Source of the DNA: Prochlorococcus sp. MIT 0801
GTDB lineage: Bacteria; Cyanobacteriota; Cyanobacteriia; PCC-6307; Cyanobiaceae
Direction of reading: 5' to 3'
Assembly (NCBI RefSeq): GCF_000757865.1
Contig: NZ_CP007754.1
Span: forward strand, 90,001 to 122,000
Length of the DNA stretch: 32,000 nucleotides
Shown: positions 1 to 8,572 of the stretch, piece by piece
Position numbering within the stretch: the first letter of the stretch is position 1
Layout: each line of letters starts with the position of its first letter
The notes under the pieces: model-generated
The model's input: only the letters and a program-made list of their open reading frames with translations
What the model was told of the DNA's origin: nothing
The model's database searches: none
Translations under genes and position numbers: made by a program

Positions 1-57
1 AATCCCTTTTGCGGAGTAGTCAATAGAAAGGTATTGATGAAATGAATAGGTAGCAAC

Positions 58-237
58 ATGAGTCTTCCTCCCTATTTCATAGATGAGAAAAACAAAGAGG
101 TTGTTTTTCACATCAAAGGTGATCCCGTGACAATGGCAATTCTTACTTGGATGAAATCTTTCCCAGATCACTACAAGGGAGTTTCTTGTCGGTGTGAAGA
201 AACCTTCTACAAGTTGAGGGCAAAAGTCAATGACTGA
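58..237 (+). CDS. small hypothetical protein (59 aa)
   Basis: ATG at 58 and TGA at 235-237, below the ORF-track cutoff. Translates MSLPPYFIDEKNKEVVFHIKGDPVTMAILTWMKSFPDHYKGVSCRCEETFYKLRAKVND. Its stop overlaps the next ORF start (ATGACTGA). No family recognised. Confidence 0.4.
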   Translation: MSLPPYFIDEKNKEVVFHIKGDPVTMAILTWMKSFPDHYKGVSCRCEETFYKLRAKVND

Positions 238-433
238 AAAAATAGATTGGAAACAAGAACTGCTTGATTCGGAAAATTTCAATAAGAAACAAGAAAACCT
301 ATTAAAAAATCGTACAAAGTCATTAACTGATAATTGGTTGCTTGGCGCTCTCTACCTCAGATGGAAAAAGTTGAAAGGTATCAGACCAGATCCAGAAATG
401 CCTAATTGCAGTTTCAACGTTCAAGAAAGATAA
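230..433 (+). CDS. small hypothetical protein (67 aa)
   Basis: ORF-track ORF with an ATG start that overlaps the preceding small ORF by 8 nt, suggesting translational coupling. No family recognised. Confidence 0.45.
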   Translation: MTEKIDWKQELLDSENFNKKQENLLKNRTKSLTDNWLLGALYLRWKKLKGIRPDPEMPNCSFNVQER

Positions 434-892
434 CCGTACTAGTTAATTAACTCATTAACTAAGTTTCCTAGCCAAAATATTTAACAAGTTGTGTGGGTTG
501 GTCAATCACCTACAAGTGCTTGAAAAGGTTTTGCAAAGCGCCTTTTTGACACTCAACTAGAGCTAGGGGAATTGTTCTGCATAGCAATTTCCCTCTCTCG
601 CTTAGCAGTTAGTCAGACTTATTGCAATGAGCTACCACAATGCCTCTTTAAACTTTTCGCACGCATCTACTAGTCATAATGTTGCACTGGTTGAGAAGTC
701 TGTTTCTGTATGAGATACAAATGCAGCGTATAGATAATTAAGAGCTAAGGCTTTAGATACATAGAACTGATGAACAAGGCACAAAAGATACTTAGTAGAA
801 ACGTGGCTATTGACTTAATCAAAGAATCAGAGTTGATCTGGAAAAATTAGTGCTTAAATAGTTTTTTTTGAACTCTTGCTTTCCCAATAACT

Positions 893-1033
893 TTATGCAG
901 AGTCAATCATTTTGACTATCTCGCTATCAGGACAACCAGTTTGCTCTCGCAATAATTTGCATTGAGAATTGATATCTCTCCAGATTTCTCTGATTTCTAC
1001 AAACTGTTCATCAGTGAATTGGAAGTTACTCAT
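893..1033 (-). CDS. small hypothetical protein (46 aa)
   Basis: Minus-strand ATG (cat at 1031-1033) to TAA (tta at 893-895). Translates MSNFQFTDEQFVEIREIWRDINSQCKLLREQTGCPDSEIVKMIDSA. It competes with the 5' part of the + strand track ORF 969..1208. Confidence 0.35.
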   Translation of the reverse strand: MSNFQFTDEQFVEIREIWRDINSQCKLLREQTGCPDSEIVKMIDSA

Positions 1034-1112
1034 GTTCTCGAACTCTTTAAAGTTTTCATCAATTTGTGTCAGTTTTTATGGACACCTTCCCTTGAATTGC
1101 GAAGATGAACGT

Positions 1113-1208
1113 ATGAAAAGCATTTCTAAACTTTTAGCAATTAGTATCGTTGCAATTTTTGTCCTTTCTGCCTTTGCAGGATTGTTTGGAACACTTTTAT
1201 CGCGCTAA
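1113..1208 (+). CDS. possible small membrane peptide (31 aa)
   Basis: Internal ATG of track ORF 969..1208. MKSISKLLAISIVAIFVLSAFAGLFGTLLSR is a single hydrophobic helix. The upstream part of the track ORF starts at a non-ATG codon and looks non-coding. Confidence 0.3.
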   Translation: MKSISKLLAISIVAIFVLSAFAGLFGTLLSR

Positions 1209-1219
1209 TCAATTGTTTT

Positions 1220-1393
1220 ATGGTTTATAAAATCATCAGGTACGATAAAGAATCCGATGAAATTACTTTGCAATCATTTAACTGCTATGACGAGGCATAT
1301 GATCTGTTAGAAGAGATATACTCAGATGTTTGTTGTTCTGATGCTGATTATGGCGACCGTCCCTATTATGAAATTATTGAAGTAGAAAAGTGA
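1220..1393 (+). CDS. small acidic Cys-containing hypothetical protein (57 aa)
   Basis: ATG at 1220 and TGA at 1391-1393. Translates MVYKIIRYDKESDEITLQSFNCYDEAYDLLEEIYSDVCCSDADYGDRPYYEIIEVEK. Non-repetitive, protein-like composition. Confidence 0.4.
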   Translation: MVYKIIRYDKESDEITLQSFNCYDEAYDLLEEIYSDVCCSDADYGDRPYYEIIEVEK

Positions 1394-1530
1394 AACTGAC
1401 AGAGAGTCAATATCTGCTATTTGTTTGTTATCTAAATAGGCTTGATTTTAGTGGTTTTAGATCTCTTTGTCTTATCTTTGGTAAAGGAGCCATCATTCCT
1501 ATGATATTTAAAATGCTAATTGAGTACTAG

Positions 1531-1737
1531 ATGTTTAAGCAAGAGACTATTTTGGAATATTTAAGCTCATCTGAGGGGATTAATAAAATTATTGTTGGAA
1601 TTATTTTAGTGGGAACTATTAATGCCATTTTCATAGCTTATAGCGTTAGAAGCACTTATGGGGCTGCCAAAAAAGAAAGAGAAAAACTAAAAATTCAACA
1701 AGATAAAATCGATAAATTGTCCCCTAAACAAGAATAG
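1531..1737 (+). CDS. small membrane protein (68 aa)
   Basis: ATG ORF with one central hydrophobic helix (IIVGIILVGTINAIFIAYSV) and a Lys/Glu-rich C-terminal tail. Confidence 0.45.
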   Translation: MFKQETILEYLSSSEGINKIIVGIILVGTINAIFIAYSVRSTYGAAKKEREKLKIQQDKIDKLSPKQE

Positions 1738-2115
1738 AATATATGTCTATTTTAATACTATGGACTAAGGCATCGAGGTGTAGACGACTGTATATGAAAC
1801 TTGTCATTTCGTTTATATAGAGTATATTTTTTTATGCCAAGCTTTTGCATTGTTTATGGCTGGATTTGTATTTAGTTGATTTTTTTCTTTAGAAGATCGT
1901 ATCTCCTATGGGTTCTCTATAACTTAAAAGCTCAAGTGGTTAATTTGGATTATCTCTCTTAATTAACTTGTTATGAGGTAAAAATACTTGAGCATATCGA
2001 ATTGAGATGAATAAATTATCATCTAAATATTGGTTAAGGGTGTTCATATCAACTTGTGGATGGATTGATCCTCAAAACTCAGGTTAAAGTTTTTAAAATT
2101 ATCGTTAAACTTTAA

Positions 2116-2292
2116 GTGAGTAACAGCCCAGATATTGAAGAATTAATAGCTGATTCTATGACAGGTCTCATGATTCGAGCTGAAAGACTTAATGAATTTG
2201 ATCAATTAGCTATTAGTGAAGAATTTAGAGAGTGGTTAAATGAGGGAGTAAGAGTCCAGGATGTCTTGAAATTAGTGACTATTAAAGAATAA
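2116..2292 (+). CDS. small hypothetical protein (58 aa from GTG; 44 aa from ATG 2158)
   Basis: Open frame VSNSPDIEELIADSMTGLMIRAERLNEFDQLAISEEFREWLNEGVRVQDVLKLVTIKE ending at TAA 2290-2292. Start codon is uncertain. Confidence 0.3.
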   Translation: MSNSPDIEELIADSMTGLMIRAERLNEFDQLAISEEFREWLNEGVRVQDVLKLVTIKE

Positions 2293-2314
2293 TCATAACT
2301 TGGAGGAGAAATAT

Positions 2315-2524
2315 TCATGCTGCAATTTTTTCAATATCTAATAGTTTAGCGATATCAATATCTACATCATCTCCTTCTTCTTTACGTTTTACGAACTTAT
2401 CAAAGTCAATTACATTACGATTGTTTCGCTTGAGTTCAGCACTTTTATTTAGGTAATCTAGTGAGACTAGAAATACAGGAATAACGCAGAATGGAATAAC
2501 TAAGATGTAAAACTCTAAAAGCAT
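2315..2524 (-). CDS. small membrane-anchored protein (69 aa)
   Basis: ATG ORF with an N-terminal hydrophobic helix (LLEFYILVIPFCVIPVFLVSL) followed by a charged tail. Confidence 0.45.
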   Translation of the reverse strand: MLLEFYILVIPFCVIPVFLVSLDYLNKSAELKRNNRNVIDFDKFVKRKEEGDDVDIDIAKLLDIEKIAA

Positions 2525-2718
2525 TTTAATTAATTATGATAAATTTAGCTTTACTTAGGTAGACAATGATTGCAATAGGGATGATACTAATTTGCTGCTT
2601 TCCTTATACGATATTAGCTATAAGAAATTAGATGATTTTTGTAGTTATTCATTTTTAGGTGAGTTTTTGAAATAGAAATCATACTGAGTGCTTAGTTCAT
2701 GATTGGTTTAGAAGCCTT

Positions 2719-2865
2719 TTATGCAGCTTTATCTTCTAGTCGACCATATCGGTATCTCATTATGTCTATAATTTGATCCTTTGTACTCCAGCTTTGAATT
2801 TTATTCTTAATGATAAGTAGTTCTGACTCAGTGAGTTCAATACGTGATCTATCAAGATTTCTCAT
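2719..2865 (-). CDS. small hypothetical protein (48 aa)
   Basis: Minus-strand ATG (2863-2865) to TAA (2719-2721). Translates MRNLDRSRIELTESELLIIKNKIQSWSTKDQIIDIMRYRYGRLEDKAA. Its start overlaps the stop of the upstream 45-aa ORF (ATGA). Confidence 0.35.
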   Translation of the reverse strand: MRNLDRSRIELTESELLIIKNKIQSWSTKDQIIDIMRYRYGRLEDKAA

Positions 2866-2999
2866 TTAGTTAAATATTTGTAGCAGTGATGATGATGATT
2901 TGCAAGCAGAGCAGTCAGAAAAGGGTAATCATGGAGCTTCAGGATATGGTTGGATGAATCGATCTTCACATGTCTATTGAGCTTGTCAATTCCTTTCAT
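2862..2999 (-). CDS. small His-rich hypothetical protein (45 aa)
   Basis: Minus-strand ATG (2997-2999) to TGA (2862-2864). Translates MKGIDKLNRHVKIDSSNHILKLHDYPFLTALLANHHHHCYKYLTK. Has a 4-nt ATGA overlap with the downstream ORF. Confidence 0.35.
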   Translation of the reverse strand: MKGIDKLNRHVKIDSSNHILKLHDYPFLTALLANHHHHCYKYLTK

Positions 3000-3119
3000 G
3001 TGCTAAACAACAACGACCATTGACTTAATAGATAATTCATAACATCATCATTTCTTACCTCTTATCCTCAAGAGTAAAAATATTATTTGGTTTCAATTAT
3101 CTTCTTAAAGCGATCTATA

Positions 3120-3455
3120 TTATGCAACTTTTGAATCTTCCTTTTCATGTAACTCTCTCTTGATCTTGGAATGTTTTCTGCCAATCTTGTATTGCCTATG
3201 GAATAAATCTAACTGGTTAGTGTCATCATTTGTAGCCTTAGTTTCTATCTCTGCTATTGGTTTAGTCATTTGACTCCATACAAAAAGCATCGCAAGTGCA
3301 GAGACTAGCAATGGAAGATATGCTTTAATCAAGCTGACGACTACTAAGGTAGTTATAAAACAAAGAGAAAAAAGAGTCCATTTATGAATCCTAGTGTTTT
3401 CTAGTTTTTTCTTTTTTCTTTTTGAAGAAGGAATAATCGGCAGATCAGGAGTCAT
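3120..3455 (-). CDS. membrane protein (111 aa), unknown function
   Basis: ATG ORF with a basic N-terminus (KRKKKK), then two hydrophobic helices and a charged C-terminus. Confidence 0.5.
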   Translation of the reverse strand: MTPDLPIIPSSKRKKKKLENTRIHKWTLFSLCFITTLVVVSLIKAYLPLLVSALAMLFVWSQMTKPIAEIETKATNDDTNQLDLFHRQYKIGRKHSKIKRELHEKEDSKVA

Positions 3456-3503
3456 TCGTTATTGAGTTGTAGGTGTATTGGCTTAGAAGATTTAGTAATT
3501 GCT

Positions 3504-3704
3504 TTATCTGCTGTAATAAATATCTGTTTTTAAATGAGCTTTATCTGATACATGTTTTGCTACTCGATTTACATAGCTTAAAATCTTTGGACCGTGTAGA
3601 TATCGGAGATACTGAATTTGATAATGACACAGAAATTCTATTTTAACTAGATAATTTTTAACAAATTCAATCAGGCTTGTAAATGTTTCTGAATGAATCT
3701 CCAT
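3504..3704 (-). CDS. hypothetical protein (66 aa)
   Basis: ORF-track ORF with an ATG start. No motif recognised. Confidence 0.35.
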   Translation of the reverse strand: MEIHSETFTSLIEFVKNYLVKIEFLCHYQIQYLRYLHGPKILSYVNRVAKHVSDKAHLKTDIYYSR

Positions 3705-4358
3705 AGATTTGAGTAGTTTGCTTATTTTTTTTACGATTCATGAGCAGCACCGTTTTTTTATCTATTCATTACTGAAAAGGCATTTGTTAGCTTTTATCAG
3801 TAATTTTCTCTGTTTGCTTATTTAAAAATACAATAAATAAGTTAAGTAGAAGATTTTGTAGATCTCGGTTTCTATTTATATAAAAGATAAGAAAAATAAG
3901 ATTCAACTTAAATTCCTTTATGTTATAAAGAAAATTTAATTTTCATTTGGATTAATTTATCAAAAGGAAACTTCGGAGTTTCATAAAGAAACAACTCAAA
4001 TAAAACTTGTGAAAAATAAAATTATTAAATTAGTGAAGAAAATACAGAATATTTCATATGTATGTAATACCCAAGCAAAATATTACTTTTTTCTAATTCG
4101 TTATTTGAAGAACTAGATAACTCTTATAAGGAAATATTGATTGGATTCGGTGTGGATTCGCTGGTCTAATAAAATAAAATTTCTGTACATCAAGATCAGA
4201 TAATTAAGAAAGTTTTATAACATCTAAAGGCAATATAGTCTCTGTCACAAGACCTGAATAAGTTTTATTTCTTGGGGTGATTATAAAGATCAGACTATGA
4301 TCTGATTTTATTATTTGATGCTTGGATTAGGAGAAGGAGATATGAGTATCTTAAACTT

Positions 4359-4889
4359 TTATTTAATTTCACAGCGTAGTTCTGCTAATGCTTCATTAGG
4401 AAGGCCAAGGAAAGTATCTAAGATCTTATTACCAGTTTTAGGGATAATGGAAATACCTACCAACTTTATTTTTCCATTATTTTGAAGAACATGACCTTCT
4501 CCTTCGTGTAATTTACCTTTTACTTTTCCTGATGTGAGCAAGGTCTTAATTATTAATTTAGGAAACTTAAGCATAGATCCAATGCTAAAAAGAAAATAGG
4601 ATTCAAATTTCAATAAGACTTCTCCAGAATTCATATTAATAGTTCCTTTTAGCTGTTCCATAGACATTTCTATCTTGAAACCTGGAGGTAATGGAAAAGA
4701 TAAAAATTTAGTTGTTTTTGAAGTAAGAGGAGGAATTGAGAATGTTTTAGATGAAAAGTTGATATGTAGGAGTTTATTTTTCTGATTTGGAAGTAATGTC
4801 GCTTCGCCTCCTCCCCCATAAGCGTTGTAGCTAAATGGTGGATATTTACCTATTACCAATCGACATCCCTCTAAACTCCTTAGTTGCAT
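4359..4889 (-). CDS. conserved-looking hypothetical protein (176 aa)
   Basis: Long ATG ORF with non-repetitive, globular-looking sequence (YNAYGGGGEATLLP...). I cannot name the family. Confidence 0.7.
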   Translation of the reverse strand: MQLRSLEGCRLVIGKYPPFSYNAYGGGGEATLLPNQKNKLLHINFSSKTFSIPPLTSKTTKFLSFPLPPGFKIEMSMEQLKGTINMNSGEVLLKFESYFLFSIGSMLKFPKLIIKTLLTSGKVKGKLHEGEGHVLQNNGKIKLVGISIIPKTGNKILDTFLGLPNEALAELRCEIK

Positions 4890-4918
4890 AGAGAAATTAA
4901 TAACTCTTTTTTCATATC

Positions 4919-5125
4919 CTATTGGAAATCAATCGTTTCAACAAAGTTATCGAAATTTAGTCTTACGTCATTTACAGCATTGCACCAATAAAGATTAATT
5001 AGGAATTGATTTTTCTTTCTCGTATAGATTGCATAGATTCTTCCAACCTCTATTATTTGGATTGATTGATATAGATTATTAATTTGAGTTGAAAATTTAG
5101 TCATTAGCGATTTTCCTTTAATCAC
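4919..5125 (-). CDS. hypothetical protein (68 aa)
   Basis: ORF-track ORF, co-directional with and 29 nt upstream of the 176-aa gene. No motif recognised. Confidence 0.35.
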   Translation of the reverse strand: MIKGKSLMTKFSTQINNLYQSIQIIEVGRIYAIYTRKKNQFLINLYWCNAVNDVRLNFDNFVETIDFQ

Positions 5126-5242
5126 CTGAGCCTAGTTTTTAAGATCAAAGTTGAATTTTCTAATTAAATCATTATGTGCATTTGGTCATCCCTCTCATAA
5201 TTGTGCACTTCATAAATTATAATGATGTATTAAAAATTGTGA

Positions 5243-5554
5243 TTGATGCCTGACAGCTTAACTCCAGATTGGTCTTCAGAATTTGAACACTATAAGAAAC
5301 TTTCCAGAGAAGTAGTTACCAATGAGGATATAATCAATTTTTTTAATCAAAACCAGAAAGCTTTTTATCTTGATAGCTTTTCTTCAAGTTGGGCCAATAT
5401 GATGGAGGCATATGAAGTGAAAGAGAGTTTAAACTCAGATCAATTAAATAATCTTGAAGAAATGCAATGGCAGGAAATGCCTGACTCATTGAAAATATTT
5501 GCGTATAACTTTTGTATTAAGAATGGATTTTGCTTTACTGGAACATCTAGTTAA
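5243..5554 (+). CDS. hypothetical protein (about 102 aa)
   Basis: ORF-track ORF. The first ATG is at 5246, directly after the TTG at 5243. No motif recognised. Confidence 0.5.
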   Translation: MMPDSLTPDWSSEFEHYKKLSREVVTNEDIINFFNQNQKAFYLDSFSSSWANMMEAYEVKESLNSDQLNNLEEMQWQEMPDSLKIFAYNFCIKNGFCFTGTSS

Positions 5555-5622
5555 TGTTGTAATTAATTTTATTAAGTCATAGTTACAAAAATATCATCTA
5601 TAGTGAATAATTTATAAAGTTT

Positions 5623-5844
5623 TCATGAGTAATCTTGAGGTTTATCAATATTTTCTTTCCTTTTCTCTTTTAATCGTTTTCGATTAGAAATCCATGATTT
5701 AAAGTTTTCATCTTCTACTTTTTCTCTCCACTCTTTAGATGATATGGGCAGTTTTGTTTTTTTCTTTTTTTTTGTAAACGTTAAATATAAATTTAGATAA
5801 GCAGCTATTACTAAAAGAAAAAGAAAAATGGTATTGATATTCAT
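5623..5844 (-). CDS. small membrane-anchored basic protein (73 aa)
   Basis: N-terminal hydrophobic helix (IFLFLLVIAAYLNLYLTF) followed by a Lys-rich tail. Confidence 0.5.
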   Translation of the reverse strand: MNINTIFLFLLVIAAYLNLYLTFTKKKKKTKLPISSKEWREKVEDENFKSWISNRKRLKEKRKENIDKPQDYS

Positions 5845-6066
5845 TTGTTTAGAGTTTTCTTGTATATAGGTTCAGGATAATCAACTTGATCTAATAAGTG
5901 TATGATTAACAAGATTAGGTCAGTTTAAAAATAAGAGTTGTTAATTTTTTTTTCCCTCCATAACCAGAGGCAACTTGTATTAATTGGGCTGTCATCTTTT
6001 CAAACCTTTAATACTTGAGAAATAATTAGATCAAGTCATACTATAGACATAAGGAAAAAACAAGTC

Positions 6067-6426
6067 ATGTTGCAAAAAAACGTTTTAGGCACTGAACTTA
6101 AATCATGTTGCTGCAGTCCTATGACTGGATGGTATCGAGATGGATCATGCAGAACAGATATATCAGATCAAGGAATGCATACTGTTTGTTCTGTCATCAC
6201 TGAACAGTTTCTTACTTACAGCAAAGCTCAAGGAAATGATCTATCAACGCCTCAAATGGGCTTTCCTGGCTTAAAAAAAGGCGACCACTGGTGTCTTTGT
6301 GCTCCTAGATGGAAAGAAGCATTTGAAGATGGAATGGCTCCTTTAATTGATCTTGAAGCAACAGAAGAAAGTACTTTGAAAATTATTAACCTTGAGACAT
6401 TAAAAAAATTTTCACATAATGGATAA
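6067..6426 (+). CDS. DUF2237 family protein
   Basis: Pattern NVLGTEL..C...P.TG.YRDG.C.T...D.G.H.VC...T.EFL..S...GNDLSTP...FPGLK.GD.WCLCA.RW.EA matches my recollection of the conserved DUF2237 family. Length is typical (119 aa). Confidence 0.8.
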   Translation: MLQKNVLGTELKSCCCSPMTGWYRDGSCRTDISDQGMHTVCSVITEQFLTYSKAQGNDLSTPQMGFPGLKKGDHWCLCAPRWKEAFEDGMAPLIDLEATEESTLKIINLETLKKFSHNG

Positions 6427-6783
6427 TTTATGGATAGTAAACAACTTATATAAAAAAAATTGTGCTGCGAATTCATTAACCAAAGTGTTATTGCAATAAT
6501 TTCGTATGTAATATCAATCACACATAATAAGAACAATATGTATCGCTAAAGTGGACTAGACTAAAGACTTTGGAAAAAGATTTCTAGAAATTCAAAATAA
6601 GTCTAAAGTTGAATCAACACTTCATATATTTCAAGCTAGACAGAACAGAATAGATATTTAATCTTGCTTATTACATCTTCTTGTCTTCTAATAAAAGAAA
6701 TATTAACTAGAATTTCAATTGGAAATGAGGTAACCCTTTAAGAAAGGATTTATATCAATGAATATGCGACGAAGAATCAAAGC

Positions 6784-6978
6784 TTGTCTAGTTGGATCAG
6801 AAAAGCCTCACGAATTCAAAGACAAGATCAAATTTCAAATCAAATCGATGAATTGCTTAATGGACTTGATCTAAGTTCAAATGAACACTACGTAAATACA
6901 ATCTCGATCAAGATGATCTTGGAGAATGGTTTTCTGGAGCGCGTTTATGGATTAGTAGAAGCTAGAGTTTGGACATAA
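6784..6978 (+). CDS. hypothetical protein (64 aa, TTG start)
   Basis: ORF-track ORF only. It has a non-ATG start and no recognised motif. Confidence 0.25.
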   Translation: MSSWIRKASRIQRQDQISNQIDELLNGLDLSSNEHYVNTISIKMILENGFLERVYGLVEARVWT

Positions 6979-7029
6979 TTAAAGACTAGAAATTAACCAT
7001 AAAAACCTAAATATTTGTTGGACGAAAAA

Positions 7030-7302
7030 TCAAGCGGCTTTCTTATCACCTTTCTTTTCTAGCTTTAAGAGATCAATAACATTAGAACTGATTGGTTGAA
7101 AATCTTCTTCCTTCGCTGAAGCAATAGAATCTTTCATCAAAAGTTTGACAAGTGCAGTTATTGATGAAGTCAGCAACTTTAAGCTTTCAAGAATATTTCC
7201 TAGCTCTTTAGTAATGTCATCTTGATGCTTTCCTTTACTCATTAATGTTGAGATAGTCCAACCAGCCAAGCCTACAACAAGTAGAAAAACAACCGTAATC
7301 AT
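7030..7302 (-). CDS. membrane-anchored helical protein (90 aa)
   Basis: ATG ORF with an N-terminal TM helix (ITVVFLLVVGLAGWTISTL), then an amphipathic helical region. Confidence 0.5.
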   Translation of the reverse strand: MITVVFLLVVGLAGWTISTLMSKGKHQDDITKELGNILESLKLLTSSITALVKLLMKDSIASAKEEDFQPISSNVIDLLKLEKKGDKKAA

Positions 7303-7456
7303 AATAATAACAAATACAAATCATATATATCTACTCCTCATAAATAAAGCAAGACGTAAAACATAAATTCTTTGAAATTTTGATAAATCTAAAAATTTTT
7401 CTGATCTTCTTTAATATTTCCATAATGAGAATATTATTTATAAGACATTTTATAGA

Positions 7457-8572
7457 TCAACTCTGATTCAAAAAATTTACCAAACTGAGTGAACTATTCA
7501 TTGCCGACTCTACGCCTCCATAACTATTCATATCAAACCAATCCCCACAAAAGCCAATCTTACTACTATCAGACCACTGTAATTCTTTGGGTAATAAGTG
7601 ATTAAGAGGTTGAGAAGCTCTCCAATCCATCTTATCAATAAGGCTTGCTTCGGAAAACAAATCCAAAAATACTTTATAGTTTGTAAATAGTGATTTCAAA
7701 GAATTGATTATATTATTAATATTGATCTCGGGTAGATTATTTATATAAAAGCAGTGTAGGGCAATAATAATAGATCCATCGGATTGTCTTTGAAAAATAA
7801 TTCTTTCGAAATTTAAATCCTCTTTAATTACATTTGAAAAGATTATTTGTAAATATTGATTATTAAAGCTTTGGACTAAAGACAAATTAGAAACATAAAA
7901 AATATAAACTTTTCGCATGATATAAGTCAATTTTCTTGTTTCTTTTAATAAAGTATCCACGACTTTATCTTTTCCTGGAATAAAGGCATCTCTAAGTGGT
8001 AAAGAGGTGATATTCAGAATTTTTAAACATCTTGGATGTGCTATTAAAGAACTCGATAAAATCAAATTTTTGGATTTAATAAGTATTCCATTATTAGCTT
8101 TTACCTCCCATATGTCATTTATATGTTTAATTGATTTAATTAGTGTTTGAAATGAAAAATTTATTTTTTTGCGGTTAATAGATTGATTGATTATTTCCTC
8201 ACAAAAGTTTACCATTAAGGGAGAACTCCTATAAATTAAATTAGCATTCAATGCTTTACTTAAAAGGCCAAATTCATTAATTAATAAAATATCTTTTGAA
8301 ATATCTAGCAATTTTTTTGACTCTATTAATGGCGAAACTAATTTTAATATATCTTCTGAAACATGTTTGCTAAAATTAATAGATGGTAAACCATGATCAT
8401 ATTCAAGAATTTTATTTTTTCTTGATTGTCTGGTTGTAGCTCGCCCACCAATTCTTCTTCCATGTTCAACTAATAATATAGAAATATCAGGAGATTTTTT
8501 GTTCAGAAGTGATGCAAACGTGCAAGCAGATATTCCTGCACCTATGACTATAAAATCATAGATAGTAGTCAT
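7457..8572 (-). CDS. NAD/FAD-dependent oxidoreductase (amine-oxidase-like)
   Basis: N-terminal dinucleotide-binding fold DFIVIGAGISACTFASLL...LLVEHGRRIGGR, and a C-terminal GDW...GGVESA motif typical of flavin amine-oxidase-type enzymes. Confidence 0.85.
   Translation of the reverse strand: MTTIYDFIVIGAGISACTFASLLNKKSPDISILLVEHGRRIGGRATTRQSRKNKILEYDHGLPSINFSKHVSEDILKLVSPLIESKKLLDISKDILLINEFGLLSKALNANLIYRSSPLMVNFCEEIINQSINRKKINFSFQTLIKSIKHINDIWEVKANNGILIKSKNLILSSSLIAHPRCLKILNITSLPLRDAFIPGKDKVVDTLLKETRKLTYIMRKVYIFYVSNLSLVQSFNNQYLQIIFSNVIKEDLNFERIIFQRQSDGSIIIALHCFYINNLPEININNIINSLKSLFTNYKVFLDLFSEASLIDKMDWRASQPLNHLLPKELQWSDSSKIGFCGDWFDMNSYGGVESAMNSSLSLVNFLNQS

Noticed and set aside
969-1112. 5' two-thirds of track ORF 969..1208
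   Set aside because: It has a non-ATG start and a Ser/Leu/Ile-rich, unprotein-like sequence. The region is better explained by the minus-strand 46-aa ORF (893-1033). Only the terminal 31-aa hydrophobic peptide from ATG 1113 was kept, at low confidence.
4342-4485. + strand 47-codon ORF preceded by the strong SD-like AGGAGAAGGAGAT
   Set aside because: It runs antisense through the 3' end of the well-formed 176-aa gene and encodes an unremarkable peptide. The purine-rich run may be coincidental. It is mentioned only under the 3705-4358 finding.
6252-6536. 94-aa minus-strand ORF
   Set aside because: It overlaps the 3' half of the well-supported DUF2237 gene on the opposite strand, and its sequence is low-complexity.
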